Source: Candidatus Hodarchaeota archaeon (GTDB taxonomy: Archaea > Asgardarchaeota > Heimdallarchaeia > Hodarchaeales > Hodarchaeaceae). Taken from it: 64,000 bases of DNA. Within the stretch, counting starts at the first letter, position 1. Every line of letters begins with the position of its first letter. The stretch spans positions 1-64,000 of the forward strand of contig JAEOTM010000143.1 in assembly GCA_016839815.1 (NCBI GenBank), read 5' to 3'. The position numbers were made by a program, and so were the translations under genes. Positions 8,299-18,724 of the stretch are shown one piece after another. The notes under the pieces are model-generated. The model ran no database searches. It had not been told where the DNA came from and was given only the letters and a program-made list of their open reading frames with translations.

Positions 8299-11262
8299 TT
8301 AAAAGTCTATATAGAGAGCTGGCTTCATTGGTTGAGCTTTTGAAGCCTTTTTTAGTGGATCATTGATCGATTCAGATTCTGCAGCATACACCTCAATCTC
8401 ACAATTGAAATGTTGGGAAAGATATGGTTTATAGCCGTTAACTGCATCTAATTCCTTTTCTGTACCAACAAAGTCTCTCCTGAATACTTTAGCATCTCCA
8501 CGAATAGCTTTAAGCTCTTTTGCGATTTCTTTCATTTTAGGAGTGAATTTAGGACTTGCCTTCAGCGTTCCCATAATTTTCCCCATATTAAACGCACCTT
8601 CACCTAAGATTTGCGAGATTTCTGTGTATAATTCTTGCTTCCAATCTGAAGCAACGTAGATTATAACTTTTTGTGGATTCTCTCGTTTTAAATCAATAAT
8701 TGCCTGAATATCATCCGACAGGTTCTTGATGAAGTCTGTTTGAAGCATTAAATCAACTGCTTCGTCCGTTACCTCTAGTTGTGGAATTAATCTTAAAGAA
8801 CAAAAATCTTTATTCCCCAATTTTTCATTTATTTCCTCACAGACGTGTGGAATCATTGGACTGAGAACAACATTCCAATGATCGACTATATAGCGGAGTG
8901 CGGCTTGTCTTTCCTTCTTTGATATCCCAATGGATGACTTCTGATAGAATTCAATTTCTCTTAACATTAGATGAAAGGCATGTGTGACAAAATCACGACC
9001 ATTATATTGATCCAATTGATTTACAGCTTCCTTTAAATGAGATGTGCAAGCTGAAATGAATGATCGGGTCATAAAGGATGATTTTTCAACATCAAACGAC
9101 TTTACTTTTGGATACGAAGTAATCTCATTAATTAAGATCCAAAATTTTCTGAATCGAGTAACTAAGGTGTTAATACCCTCATCTGTCCAATTCAAAACGG
9201 TATCGGCAGATCCAGCTGAAACCAAATACATTCGTGTGACATCAACTGAGTATTTCTTTGGTAAATGTGCAATAGGGATCACATTTCCTGCGGATTTAGA
9301 CATCTTATCACTTTCACGAATTAGTAATTCATTCAAACTGATACATTGCAGCCAGTGTTTCTTAGGGAAAATGGCTGCATGATGAAAGATTGCGAAGGAT
9401 AGATGATTCCCGATATGTGCAATCGCTGTGTGTCTTAAATCATTAGGATACCAGTAGTGAAATTCTGTTTGCATATCAACTAAAGTCTGGGGATCGATAC
9501 CGCTCTTATTGGAGACTTTTGCTTTAGCTCCCTTCTTCAAGAAAACATAATCAAACACTTCGGGTATTAGTTTATCAGGACTAATTTCATGCTTACGAAT
9601 ATGGTGAATAATGGTATAAAACGCCATATAAATGACACTATCACTCAACGATTCAATGATCCATCCTTGTCCTTTGGTTAAAGGAAATTCTGTCCCAAGT
9701 CCTCGTTTTCTCACACAGGGGCGTTTATCTAACCATTCGAACGTTCGTTCGAATGATTTCCTGTATTTTTCAGGCGTAATTTTCATGCTGGATAGAGCAT
9801 CAACTGCTTTTGCATTCCACTTTTCATTTCCATAATGTAGAAAGAACTGATCTGGTAATACCGCGACCACAATTTCTCCACCACATCTACAGGAAGCTTT
9901 TCTTGAAGTTTCATAAAAGAAAGAAGCACGTTTTTCCTCAATTAAGGTGTGAGCTACATTATCTTTAGCTTGCTCAACTCTTTGACCTGCAAATTCATCT
10001 GTGAAGTCCATCATGATTCCATTGTAAAATTCTGCAGAGTATATCTCTTGGGTAGCAGTTTCGAGTTTGTTGGCATCATTCTGATTCTCGACACCTAATC
10101 GTTCAACTATTTCAACAGCTGGAAATTCTCCATAACCTTCAAGTGAGATCAAAGCAATTGGTTTTATTTCAGCTACTTTGTTAGCTAATCCCTTATATTG
10201 CTTAATGGGAGTAGGATTCTCCTGCAAATCTTTTAGTGCAACATAATCATAAGGAGCATGTGCAGGAACAGAATACACAACTCCTGTTGCATGATCAGGA
10301 TCAACAAACGGTGCAGGAAGGATCGGTAATGGTCGATCAGGAACACGAGGAGCGAACGCATCCATTCCTATAAAATTGGATCCTGGAACCTCCTCCAATT
10401 CTTCAATTTCGTGGTTCTGTTGGTGTAATTTGGTGACAGCATGTGAGGATACAATCCAAATTTCATCATCAATTCGAATACGTTTATATCTAGCCTCAGG
10501 ATGAATCCAGATATTAGTGGCCCCATAGATAGTCTCAGGTCGAAATGTTCCTGCAACCAGAAATTCGTCTCCTATTTGGAATTTCAACGCTACAAACTCT
10601 TGTACTTCAACCTCATTGACGTCAGCATCTTGAATATCATCTTCTCCTACTGCATTCTTATCATTCTGACACCATAGAATGGGAAATTCCCCCTGAACAA
10701 TCAGATTCTGGTCAATTAAATGTTTATATTGCCATTCAATGAATTTATTATATTCGGGATCTCCAGTTGTAAATTGTCGATGCACATCCAGTGAATATCC
10801 CATTGCTTTAAAATCATTAATCATATTCTTGGCAAAATACATAGCAACATTCATAGGTTCATTAAATGATTGTACAATCTTTTTAATCTTCTTTTCATCT
10901 TTTTCATAAATTTGAACATATTCTTCATATAGTGATATAGTGTGTTGATCCCCTTTTTCGATTTTAGCGGATACAGATAGTACCGGAGTTCCAGTGATAT
11001 GGAATGCCATTGGCCAAAGTGTATTTTTTCCCAATTGCCTCTTATACCGGCAAAACATATCTCCTAGTGTATACGTACGAGCATGTCCGACATGCAGTGG
11101 TCCCGAGGAATAGGGATAAGGGACAGTAAAGAAGAACTTTGGTATCTTCTTATCCACAACCCCTTTGAAGATATCTTCTTCCGTCCATCGCGACTGCCAC
11201 TTCTCTTCGATCGATCGTAGCTTTTCGAAAAAATCACTAATTACACTCTGTCGTTCACTCAT
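8299..11262 (-). CDS. leuS: Leucyl-tRNA synthetase, archaeal/eukaryotic type
   Basis: PYPYSSGPLHVGH, KMSKS, editing domain TFRPET / GVVYSVPAHAPYD, C-terminal KAQPMKPALY. Confidence 0.96.
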   Translation of the reverse strand: MSERQSVISDFFEKLRSIEEKWQSRWTEEDIFKGVVDKKIPKFFFTVPYPYSSGPLHVGHARTYTLGDMFCRYKRQLGKNTLWPMAFHITGTPVLSVSAKIEKGDQHTISLYEEYVQIYEKDEKKIKKIVQSFNEPMNVAMYFAKNMINDFKAMGYSLDVHRQFTTGDPEYNKFIEWQYKHLIDQNLIVQGEFPILWCQNDKNAVGEDDIQDADVNEVEVQEFVALKFQIGDEFLVAGTFRPETIYGATNIWIHPEARYKRIRIDDEIWIVSSHAVTKLHQQNHEIEELEEVPGSNFIGMDAFAPRVPDRPLPILPAPFVDPDHATGVVYSVPAHAPYDYVALKDLQENPTPIKQYKGLANKVAEIKPIALISLEGYGEFPAVEIVERLGVENQNDANKLETATQEIYSAEFYNGIMMDFTDEFAGQRVEQAKDNVAHTLIEEKRASFFYETSRKASCRCGGEIVVAVLPDQFFLHYGNEKWNAKAVDALSSMKITPEKYRKSFERTFEWLDKRPCVRKRGLGTEFPLTKGQGWIIESLSDSVIYMAFYTIIHHIRKHEISPDKLIPEVFDYVFLKKGAKAKVSNKSGIDPQTLVDMQTEFHYWYPNDLRHTAIAHIGNHLSFAIFHHAAIFPKKHWLQCISLNELLIRESDKMSKSAGNVIPIAHLPKKYSVDVTRMYLVSAGSADTVLNWTDEGINTLVTRFRKFWILINEITSYPKVKSFDVEKSSFMTRSFISACTSHLKEAVNQLDQYNGRDFVTHAFHLMLREIEFYQKSSIGISKKERQAALRYIVDHWNVVLSPMIPHVCEEINEKLGNKDFCSLRLIPQLEVTDEAVDLMLQTDFIKNLSDDIQAIIDLKRENPQKVIIYVASDWKQELYTEISQILGEGAFNMGKIMGTLKASPKFTPKMKEIAKELKAIRGDAKVFRRDFVGTEKELDAVNGYKPYLSQHFNCEIEVYAAESESINDPLKKASKAQPMKPALYIDF

Positions 11263-11369
11263 TGCATAACACCGTCATTTGATTTAAATTTAGGATAGAT
11301 TTACAGAAAAAATTAGATTTATCCGAGGATATTTCAATAGAGCGTCCTCTAATCAGTGAAAAGAAAGTT

Positions 11370-11396
11370 TTAGGAAAGAAGAACGCAATTCCTCAT
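11370..11396 (-). promoter_or_regulatory. Candidate leader peptide uORF MRNCVLLS upstream of leuS
   Basis: ATG AGG AAT TGC GTT CTT CTT TCC TAA, preceded by SD GTGAGGTAA (11401-11409) and a TATA-like TTATAAAA (about 11429-11436). Confidence 0.4.
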
Positions 11397-11678
11397 TGAA
11401 TTACCTCACGTCCTTCCATTTTACCCTTTTTTTATAAGAATTTGGCTTTTGGTGACCGCTTTTCATTCTTAGATAATTTAATCAGAAAAACTGGGTTGAT
11501 AATACTGATTGAAGACAGTATAAAGAATAGTTTCAAACTTGAGGGAGGCATCAAGAAAAGCGATATTTTCTTCTAATTAGTTTGGACTTAAAGCTCTTAA
11601 TTGCCTTCAAACCCATTAGTTAAAAATTGAAAACTTTGCTTTATACCAATAACTCTCAGATATTTAGTCTTTACACAT

Positions 11679-11870
11679 ATGAAATCAACTCTTCGCTTAA
11701 TATCAAATCTTTTGTTACCAATAGGGTTATGTTTGCTAGCGATATATTTAGATTTTACTTATCAAGATTGGACTGTGAATGCGGGTTTTATTACGTTTGT
11801 TATTTTTGTAGCTTTCTTGAGGGGGATTGTCTCTAAGAGAGAAAATATTAAACCAATAATTAAAGCGTAA
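11679..11870 (+). CDS. Small two-TM membrane protein
   Basis: 63-aa ORF with two hydrophobic segments and a basic tail. Confidence 0.5.
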   Translation: MKSTLRLISNLLLPIGLCLLAIYLDFTYQDWTVNAGFITFVIFVAFLRGIVSKRENIKPIIKA

Positions 11871-11937
11871 AAGTAACCATTCTGAATAAACTTTGAAGTA
11901 GAACTATACTTCCAATAAAAAAAATTGATATTGGTAA

Positions 11938-12570
11938 TTAATTGGGACGTGAAGATGTAATATCGTGGATCTGGAGAAAAATGTGTTGATTTACGAGCAT
12001 TTGTCGAATAAGTTGAATAAATCGTTCAATAGTTTCTTTTTTTACATTATAACTTTCTATCTCGATTTCTGACTGTGAAATTGTTGAAATTAATATTTTC
12101 GAATGATCTTCAACATGAATCCACTCTAATCGTCCTTTTTTGTCTGTAGAAAAGTGGCCAACGAAGCGGTAGTAACCGAAATACTTTCCTGCTAATCTTT
12201 TGATCAGATCCTCTGCAGGAATTTCTTTCTCTGGGGTGATCGTAGTGAGAATCTTGTTTTGGGTTTTATTTTGGTCTTGATAATGATCTACTAACCCTCG
12301 ATTACCATAGTGTTCTCTTACTTTATCATAAGAATCATTACCCAGCCCATACCCACCATCAGGGGATTGTTGAATTAATCGATCTTCTTGCAGCCGTTCT
12401 AATGCTCGAGTCAGTTTTTGTTGATGTACATCTCTAAGTAATCGTCGAAGACCATTGAAACGAAAATTATAATTTTTTTCCCGTAAAGATAATTCCTCTA
12501 GTACGGATTCTTCTAGTCTTGATAAATATTCGGGAACAAATTCCTCGTTGTCAGCTCGGTATTCATCCAA
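11938..12570 (-). CDS. Winged-helix domain protein downstream of hsp20
   Basis: FRFNGLRRLLRDVHQQKLTRALERLQEDRLIQ...GGYGL wHTH pattern plus an alpha/beta C-terminal domain. Confidence 0.6.
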   Translation of the reverse strand: MDEYRADNEEFVPEYLSRLEESVLEELSLREKNYNFRFNGLRRLLRDVHQQKLTRALERLQEDRLIQQSPDGGYGLGNDSYDKVREHYGNRGLVDHYQDQNKTQNKILTTITPEKEIPAEDLIKRLAGKYFGYYRFVGHFSTDKKGRLEWIHVEDHSKILISTISQSEIEIESYNVKKETIERFIQLIRQMLVNQHIFLQIHDITSSRPN

Positions 12571-12663
12571 AATTACTCACTTCTTTCCTCATTACTTTGT
12601 TGATGCTCTGAAAACAAGGTTAAGGGGTAGATATTCATCTGCCCTTGTAACTTTATTTATTTC

Positions 12664-13239
12664 TTATTCTATACTCAATTTATGTCTTTTCTCAGTGGTT
12701 ATTTGTTTTTTACTACGTATTTCGAGAACTCCATTACGTATTGTGCTTTTTGTTTGCTTCGGTTCAATTTTCGAGGGGAGTTGTATTATTTGATTAATCT
12801 CTCTAGAATCAGCTTTCCCTTGAAGCGTTAATTCTTGTCCATTTTCATCAATTTCAATGCCTAGGTTTTCTTTTGTAAAGCCAGGAACCTCAACTATGAT
12901 CTTCAATGAGTCATCTTCATCTAAAATATCAACAAATCGGTCTGTACTAGATGTCTTCGTAGGTATATGAGATCGGTTTTCTAGTGATGGGAACATTTCA
13001 AACTGAGGCAATCCTTGCTTCTTACGATAGTCATTCAAGTTTCCCCATTGTCGAACTTCTGGTTTGTAGTCAGTATCTGGACCAATTCTCATTGAATACC
13101 CAAAAGTGATTGGTCCCCCATCAGTAAATTCATTTTTCTGTTCTCCGATAGATGTTTCAAAATCTTCATTGAAAGATCTAAAGATATCTGTTAAGTCAAA
13201 ATTCCAAAAATCATCAAACAATCGTCTTTTTCGATTCAT
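12664..13239 (-). CDS. hsp20: Archaeal small heat-shock protein Hsp20
   Basis: GPITFGYSMRIGPD..PEVRQWGN (archaeal Hsp20 N-segment), alpha-crystallin VEVPG...NGVLEI, C-terminal LSIE. SD AGGTGA precedes ATG 13239. Confidence 0.9.
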   Translation of the reverse strand: MNRKRRLFDDFWNFDLTDIFRSFNEDFETSIGEQKNEFTDGGPITFGYSMRIGPDTDYKPEVRQWGNLNDYRKKQGLPQFEMFPSLENRSHIPTKTSSTDRFVDILDEDDSLKIIVEVPGFTKENLGIEIDENGQELTLQGKADSREINQIIQLPSKIEPKQTKSTIRNGVLEIRSKKQITTEKRHKLSIE

Positions 13240-13461
13240 AACTGTCACCTTTTGGTAATTATTTCTGATTAAAATATATTCACGTATTGTTTATAAATTT
13301 TTTGTTAGTGAATAAATTTGAAATATAAAGAAATTTCAGTCTAAAATCCACTATAAGGACATAGAATCTATCTAATAACTTGTGAATAAATTGATTCCTC
13401 GTTTTTGCATACTCAACCTTTTGAATTCATGTCCGAATGATAATTTGAGGTTAATTATCGG

Positions 13462-14310
13462 ATGATTGATCTTCTAGCTGCCATACTCATGGCTCTATTC
13501 CAAGGAATTATCGAATGGCTTCCGATTTCCTCAGAAGGGCAATTGTCTTTGCTCTTTGTAACGATATATGGCCTTGAGGAAATACCTGCCGTCACTTTGG
13601 CATTATTTTTACATCTTGGTACAATGATATCAGTCATCTGGTATTTTAGAAAAGATCTAATAGAAATGGTTAATTTAAACTCTCCAACTTTAGAAATAAT
13701 GGTCTTAACGACAATTGGAACTGCTTTGACTGCCGTACCGATAGTTTTAGTCTTCAAAAACTACTGGGAATCCTTTACAGATTCGTTATGGCTTCCCCCA
13801 GATTTACTTTTCACTTCAATTGTAGGTTGCTTGCTTATCATCACTGGGATCATACTATCAAAACAATCAGATCAAGGAACTAGAGAATTCCTTTCATTGA
13901 CAAGAACAGAGGCTATCTTTCTTGGCCTTGCCCAAGGAATAGCTGCTTTACCAGGGATAAGTCGGAGTGGAATGACAATTACTTTTCTACTCATCATTGG
14001 CATTATGCATAAAGACGCATTTAAGCTCAGTTTCTTAATTTCCATACCAGCTGTCCTAGGAGCTACTGGATTAGAATTTATATTGGAGGGATTTCAACTA
14101 AAATTAACAGGCATGTCAGTAAGTACAGTGTTCTTTCCCTATCCATTGCTTATCTTCACTATTGCTTTAACAGCAATAATTGGGATTCTTACAATGGACC
14201 TCTTACTTTCTTTGAAGGATATTCCTTATGACAAATTTTGTTACAGTTTTGGAGCAGCAACAATAATTTTAGGTTTTTTATTTTTCTTAATTAGAGTAGT
14301 GAGTGCTTAA
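13462..14310 (+). CDS. uppP: Undecaprenyl/polyprenyl-diphosphate phosphatase (BacA/UppP)
   Basis: QGIIEWLPISSEG, HLGT, PGISRSG and SFLISIPA motifs. Confidence 0.88.
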   Translation: MIDLLAAILMALFQGIIEWLPISSEGQLSLLFVTIYGLEEIPAVTLALFLHLGTMISVIWYFRKDLIEMVNLNSPTLEIMVLTTIGTALTAVPIVLVFKNYWESFTDSLWLPPDLLFTSIVGCLLIITGIILSKQSDQGTREFLSLTRTEAIFLGLAQGIAALPGISRSGMTITFLLIIGIMHKDAFKLSFLISIPAVLGATGLEFILEGFQLKLTGMSVSTVFFPYPLLIFTIALTAIIGILTMDLLLSLKDIPYDKFCYSFGAATIILGFLFFLIRVVSA

Positions 14311-15677
14311 TGACGATACTTACAACACATTTAAGTTTAGCAGGGATTGTCTTTTGGACCTTCCTCTCCCCAACAGAGAAAAACAACTTCAAGGAGAAGA
14401 AATATCTATTTTGGATTGTTTTACTTTTTTCCATCCTTCCTGATATTGACATCTTCTTTGGAGTACATCGTGGACTGTCTCATAGTCTTATCCCTCCATC
14501 GTTATTAGTTATCAGTGGTATTATTATCCATATACTCTGTCAGTATCGAATTATTTTTGAAAAGAATGATGAGACGAGTTTAATCCATCGAGAAAGTGCA
14601 TTTAAAGGCCGAATCTTTTTATATGCAGGACTATTATGGATTTTTCATCTGTTACTTGATTTTGAATATCCGTTAGCAATTTTTTATCCGCTCTCAGATC
14701 GGTTATACCAATTCGATTTTGTTTATCTTTTAAGTTTAGTTCCTTGGTTATTTTTCCCAGTAATGATTGTAGGTGCTGAATTTCATCTAACTGGAATCTC
14801 CTATTTACAGGGAATTGCCAGTTACTTCGTTAATTTGACTCCTTCTGAAAGAATTGAAGTTTTTGGCTCAGATGTGATCAAAATTGGAATAGATGACATT
14901 TTTCTTCATATATTCCTCCTAGTCACTTTCATTCATCTCACACGTCCAATATTACCCAAAGTATCTCTTGAGAGAGTGAAAAACCTAAGAACTCGTATTC
15001 ATTATGATGGATATGTACTAGTAACTGGACTAGTTCTAGTATTAATTGGAGGGACTATGGGGCCAATGATTGGATTAGAGGTTGTAGATTCTAGTACTAA
15101 CAATTCTTACTTCAGGATCTCGCAAACCACTTTTTCTCCTGCAATTGCATTATCGATAGATCCTCCTAATTACTTTTTACAATCAGAAACGATTATGAGA
15201 ATATCTGGTTCTTTCAATGTTGAACCTCAGACTGGAAATTTTGACCATGTCCTCCTTGTTTCTTCTAGACAGAACTACAATAATTTTAACCGAGATTTAT
15301 CAGCATTATTCAAAGAGACTCCTCCTAATTCAAGTCAAAATCTTGAAACATTTAAGGGGAATTACTCAATTCTTCTAGACCGGTTATTTAGCACTGCACT
15401 AGCGATGAATCTATCGAATTTAAATGAAACGACAATTTACACGGAAATATTAAGTAAGCCAATAATCGTTATTGGTGTGATGGAAAATTGGAATGATACT
15501 ATTCTTGTAAGCGGAGGTGAGCAGCAAATGTCCGTTCACCTATCAATAACAGTTAGGACAAGTCGTTTATCTCTTTTTATTATTGGATTAGGCACAATTG
15601 GAGTGGGAATCGTGATAATGATCTTTTCCGTTATATTAAAAAAGCCCAGTTTCATAAATTCGCCTCAGACTGACTAA
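14310..15677 (+). CDS. Membrane-bound metal-dependent hydrolase (YdjM-like) with an extracellular domain and C-terminal TM
   Basis: SILPDID, HRGLSHS, HLLLD..YPLS motifs; NxS/T sequons in the soluble domain; translationally coupled to uppP (TAATG). Confidence 0.7.
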   Translation: MTILTTHLSLAGIVFWTFLSPTEKNNFKEKKYLFWIVLLFSILPDIDIFFGVHRGLSHSLIPPSLLVISGIIIHILCQYRIIFEKNDETSLIHRESAFKGRIFLYAGLLWIFHLLLDFEYPLAIFYPLSDRLYQFDFVYLLSLVPWLFFPVMIVGAEFHLTGISYLQGIASYFVNLTPSERIEVFGSDVIKIGIDDIFLHIFLLVTFIHLTRPILPKVSLERVKNLRTRIHYDGYVLVTGLVLVLIGGTMGPMIGLEVVDSSTNNSYFRISQTTFSPAIALSIDPPNYFLQSETIMRISGSFNVEPQTGNFDHVLLVSSRQNYNNFNRDLSALFKETPPNSSQNLETFKGNYSILLDRLFSTALAMNLSNLNETTIYTEILSKPIIVIGVMENWNDTILVSGGEQQMSVHLSITVRTSRLSLFIIGLGTIGVGIVIMIFSVILKKPSFINSPQTD

Positions 15678-15714
15678 AGAATCCTCGTCGAAATTTAAAT
15701 TAGGTGCGATAAAA

Positions 15715-15900
15715 ATGCCTTCTTATCGTTGTCAAAGCTGTGGTAAAGTTGTATCCCCCATCCCACAACACTGCGGAAAAGATATGGTAATTGGGGAAAT
15801 TAATGGTTCTCCTAGCTTAATATGTGTTAATGGTGAAGACTGCCATCATGAACCCCTCCCAAAATGCTGTTCTATGCCTGGTTACACTCGTTGGATCTAA
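15715..15900 (+). CDS. Small Cys/His-rich metal-binding protein
   Basis: YRCQSCG...QHCGKDM and C-x5-C...CC motifs; SD AGGTG upstream. Confidence 0.65.
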   Translation: MPSYRCQSCGKVVSPIPQHCGKDMVIGEINGSPSLICVNGEDCHHEPLPKCCSMPGYTRWI

Positions 15901-15908
15901 ATCCGCAA

Positions 15909-17126
15909 TTATTTTATAAAGAGATTAATATATTTTATAAAAGGGAATCCGAGGGTCACTTTTAGGGGTACACGACAGTGTACCACAGCATTTACGTCTG
16001 ATGATCTTAAACGATTAAGGTACCATTGAACTCGTTCATCACTTCCAGAGGAGATTTTGTCAAATAATCGTCTTAGTTTGTATGCACGAGTAAACATTGT
16101 CATCATCTGATTCTTCCATAAGACCTGATAATCCAAAAGGGTACCTTTTCCAGTTAGATAGCTATAGATAGTATCTGCAGCAATGGATCCAGCTACCATG
16201 GATGTAGGAATACCCCCTCCAACACTTGAAACAACTTGACATGCCGAATCTCCAACCAAAACTGTTCCTGATCTTTCATCAACAGTTCTTTTAAAAGGTA
16301 ATCCTACAGGAACAAGACCACCAATAGTAGATTCGATTGTAGCATTCTTAACAAGGTTACTGACATGAGGATGTCTTGTAATGAAGTTTTCAAGAGTTTG
16401 GGAAACAGTAATTCTACCTTTACTCATTGGAGTACGTAACCCAACTCCAACATTCGCAGTGTTTTCATTCTTCGGGATTACCCAAGCATATGCTCCTGGA
16501 GCGTAATTCCTACCAAAGAACATCTGAATATCTGTGGGATCATATTTCTGGGAGTCAATATTTGTCATTACGTGTTGTTTTACATATACGAAATGTTCCG
16601 AATTTCGATTTTCCGCCAACTCAGACCCTCTAGCGACTCGTGATCGTGCACCATCTGCTCCAACAATTACTTGCGCCTGAATACATTCTGGAGATGATCC
16701 TTCACGAGAAATCCAAACAGAATTATTATCCTTCCTTATAACTCGTGATTCTTTCCAAACTTTAGCTCCTTCTCGCCCGGCAGATTTCAGTAAATCTTCA
16801 TTCCAAGCTCCCCGATGTAAGGTATACCCTTCAAAAGGAGTTTGGATGATCTTTCCTAGAGGGGAATGGAAGCTGATTCGATTTGTCCTAGAACTGATGT
16901 ACTTCTGATCAAAAGTGAAGAAGTGTCTTGCATCAGGAACATTAGGAGTGAGAAGCGCCATTTCCTCAGGTGAAGGCATAAATTCCCCACATTGTACAGG
17001 AAAACCAGGTCGTTCCCGTTTGTCAACACCTAGTATCGATAGCTCACTATCTGCAATTTCTGCTAACTTCTTTAGTGTGGTAGCTCCTGCAGGCCCTAGT
17101 CCTACAACTAGCACATCGACTTTCAT
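15909..17126 (-). CDS. Geranylgeranyl reductase family flavoprotein
   Basis: GLGPAG FAD motif, CGE, GADG, PGAYAWVIP, GDSA...GGGI. Confidence 0.88.
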   Translation of the reverse strand: MKVDVLVVGLGPAGATTLKKLAEIADSELSILGVDKRERPGFPVQCGEFMPSPEEMALLTPNVPDARHFFTFDQKYISSRTNRISFHSPLGKIIQTPFEGYTLHRGAWNEDLLKSAGREGAKVWKESRVIRKDNNSVWISREGSSPECIQAQVIVGADGARSRVARGSELAENRNSEHFVYVKQHVMTNIDSQKYDPTDIQMFFGRNYAPGAYAWVIPKNENTANVGVGLRTPMSKGRITVSQTLENFITRHPHVSNLVKNATIESTIGGLVPVGLPFKRTVDERSGTVLVGDSACQVVSSVGGGIPTSMVAGSIAADTIYSYLTGKGTLLDYQVLWKNQMMTMFTRAYKLRRLFDKISSGSDERVQWYLNRLRSSDVNAVVHCRVPLKVTLGFPFIKYINLFIK

Positions 17127-17171
17127 AACGATTGTTCCTAAGAGATACTAACGAATTCTATCTTAATTATT

Positions 17172-18722
17172 TTAGGGAATGTTTAGATTTTCAGCCCCAT
17201 TCATTGCAAACTCGAATATCGCTTCTGGAATAACCCCTATAAGTATGATTAATATAACACCTATCCCAATTGCCATTGCATATGACATTGGAATTCTGTA
17301 CGTTCTCATAGACTCGACAGAGACAGTATGAGATTCAATTAATTCCTCTGCAGGTGGATCAAGGATCATTAGTTTTATTACTCGTATGTAATAATAGACT
17401 GAAATTGCACTATTTATTACACCAATGAGAGCTAACCATATCAATTCAGCGTAAATTGCTGAAAAGAAGATTAGTAATTTCGAGATAAAACCTGCTAGAG
17501 GGGGAACCCCTAGTAAACTTAGAAGAGCTATAGTGAGTGCAAAGACAATCCAGGGGTGTCGTTTTCTAAGACCAGCATAATCGTTTATTTCCTCACTTCC
17601 GATGGAGAAAGAAACCACTATAACAACCGTGAATGCAACAATCTTCATTAAAGCGTGTGTCAGAATATGAAATTCTGCTGCCGCCACTGAAAACCTACTA
17701 ACAGTATATCCAGCGTTTGCTGCCGCTGCCAGCGCAATTAGAATGTACCCGGCATGTGCAATGCTCGAATATGCAAGCATCCGTTTGATATTAGTTTGTA
17801 CTAATGCTACTACATTCCCAAGAGTCATTGTAAGTATTGCTAGGAATGCAAATATCATTCCCCATACTTCACCTAAATCTTTTAATCCTACAACCACTAT
17901 TCGCATAACTGCTGCAAAACCCATCGCTTTCGATCCAGCGGCCAGATATGAGGTAATAACGGTAGGAGTACCTTGATAAACATCTACTGCCCAGGCATGA
18001 AATGGTACTGCAGCCATTTTATACCCAAATCCTACAAATAAGAACATTAAAGCCAGAACGTGCAGAGGAGTAAAGCTCGAAACATCTGAAAAGGATGCTA
18101 TGACTACTGCAAGATTAGTAGGGGCTGTAGAACCGCTTGAGCTTGTAATACCATAGACGAGGGAAATTCCAAATAATATGAAGGCTGAAGACATTGCACC
18201 AATTAAAAAGAATTTCAAAGCACTCTCACTGGTTTCAGCTCTAGCTTTTTGGTATGCAGCAAGAGAATATACTGGAAGAGATGCCAGTTCCCATGCGACA
18301 AAAATCAATAGTAAATCATTTGCTGCAGCAAGCATTAGCATACCTAAAGTACCAAGACTCAATAATGAGTAATATACACCTAGATTATGATCTGTTTTCA
18401 TGTAATCTGTACTAGAAATTGCCACAAAGATCAAGACAATGAGAAAGATGATTGCAAAGAAGCGATAGAAATCATCGACAACCATTAATCCAGTGGGAAA
18501 ATCGATATCTAGAAAATCATCGGGATTTCCGAAGAGAAAAGTTATATCACCATTTACTGATAAAATCACACTATAGAGGGCAAGAAAACCTCCTATAATT
18601 GTGATAGGAGGAGATAATCTCCTCGCAACGGTGAATGCTTCTAGAAGAAGGCATAAGATCGTGGTTCCTACTAAGATTAGGAACGGAAGTAGTATTATGG
18701 CGATATTACTCATGTTGTTCAC
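17172..18722 (-). CDS. nuoN: Complex I-like subunit N
   Basis: ELASLPVY, ESALKFFL, KMAAVPFHAW, KRMLAYSSIAHAGY, GVPPLAGFISK. Confidence 0.95.
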   Translation of the reverse strand: MNNMSNIAIILLPFLILVGTTILCLLLEAFTVARRLSPPITIIGGFLALYSVILSVNGDITFLFGNPDDFLDIDFPTGLMVVDDFYRFFAIIFLIVLIFVAISSTDYMKTDHNLGVYYSLLSLGTLGMLMLAAANDLLLIFVAWELASLPVYSLAAYQKARAETSESALKFFLIGAMSSAFILFGISLVYGITSSSGSTAPTNLAVVIASFSDVSSFTPLHVLALMFLFVGFGYKMAAVPFHAWAVDVYQGTPTVITSYLAAGSKAMGFAAVMRIVVVGLKDLGEVWGMIFAFLAILTMTLGNVVALVQTNIKRMLAYSSIAHAGYILIALAAAANAGYTVSRFSVAAAEFHILTHALMKIVAFTVVIVVSFSIGSEEINDYAGLRKRHPWIVFALTIALLSLLGVPPLAGFISKLLIFFSAIYAELIWLALIGVINSAISVYYYIRVIKLMILDPPAEELIESHTVSVESMRTYRIPMSYAMAIGIGVILIILIGVIPEAIFEFAMNGAENLNIP

Positions 18723-18724
18723 CT

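Noticed and set aside
13295-13315. CTAAC half-site resembling the HSR1 heat-shock operator upstream of hsp20
   Set aside because: The matching GTTAG half is absent, and the position fits an ordinary BRE/TATA region.
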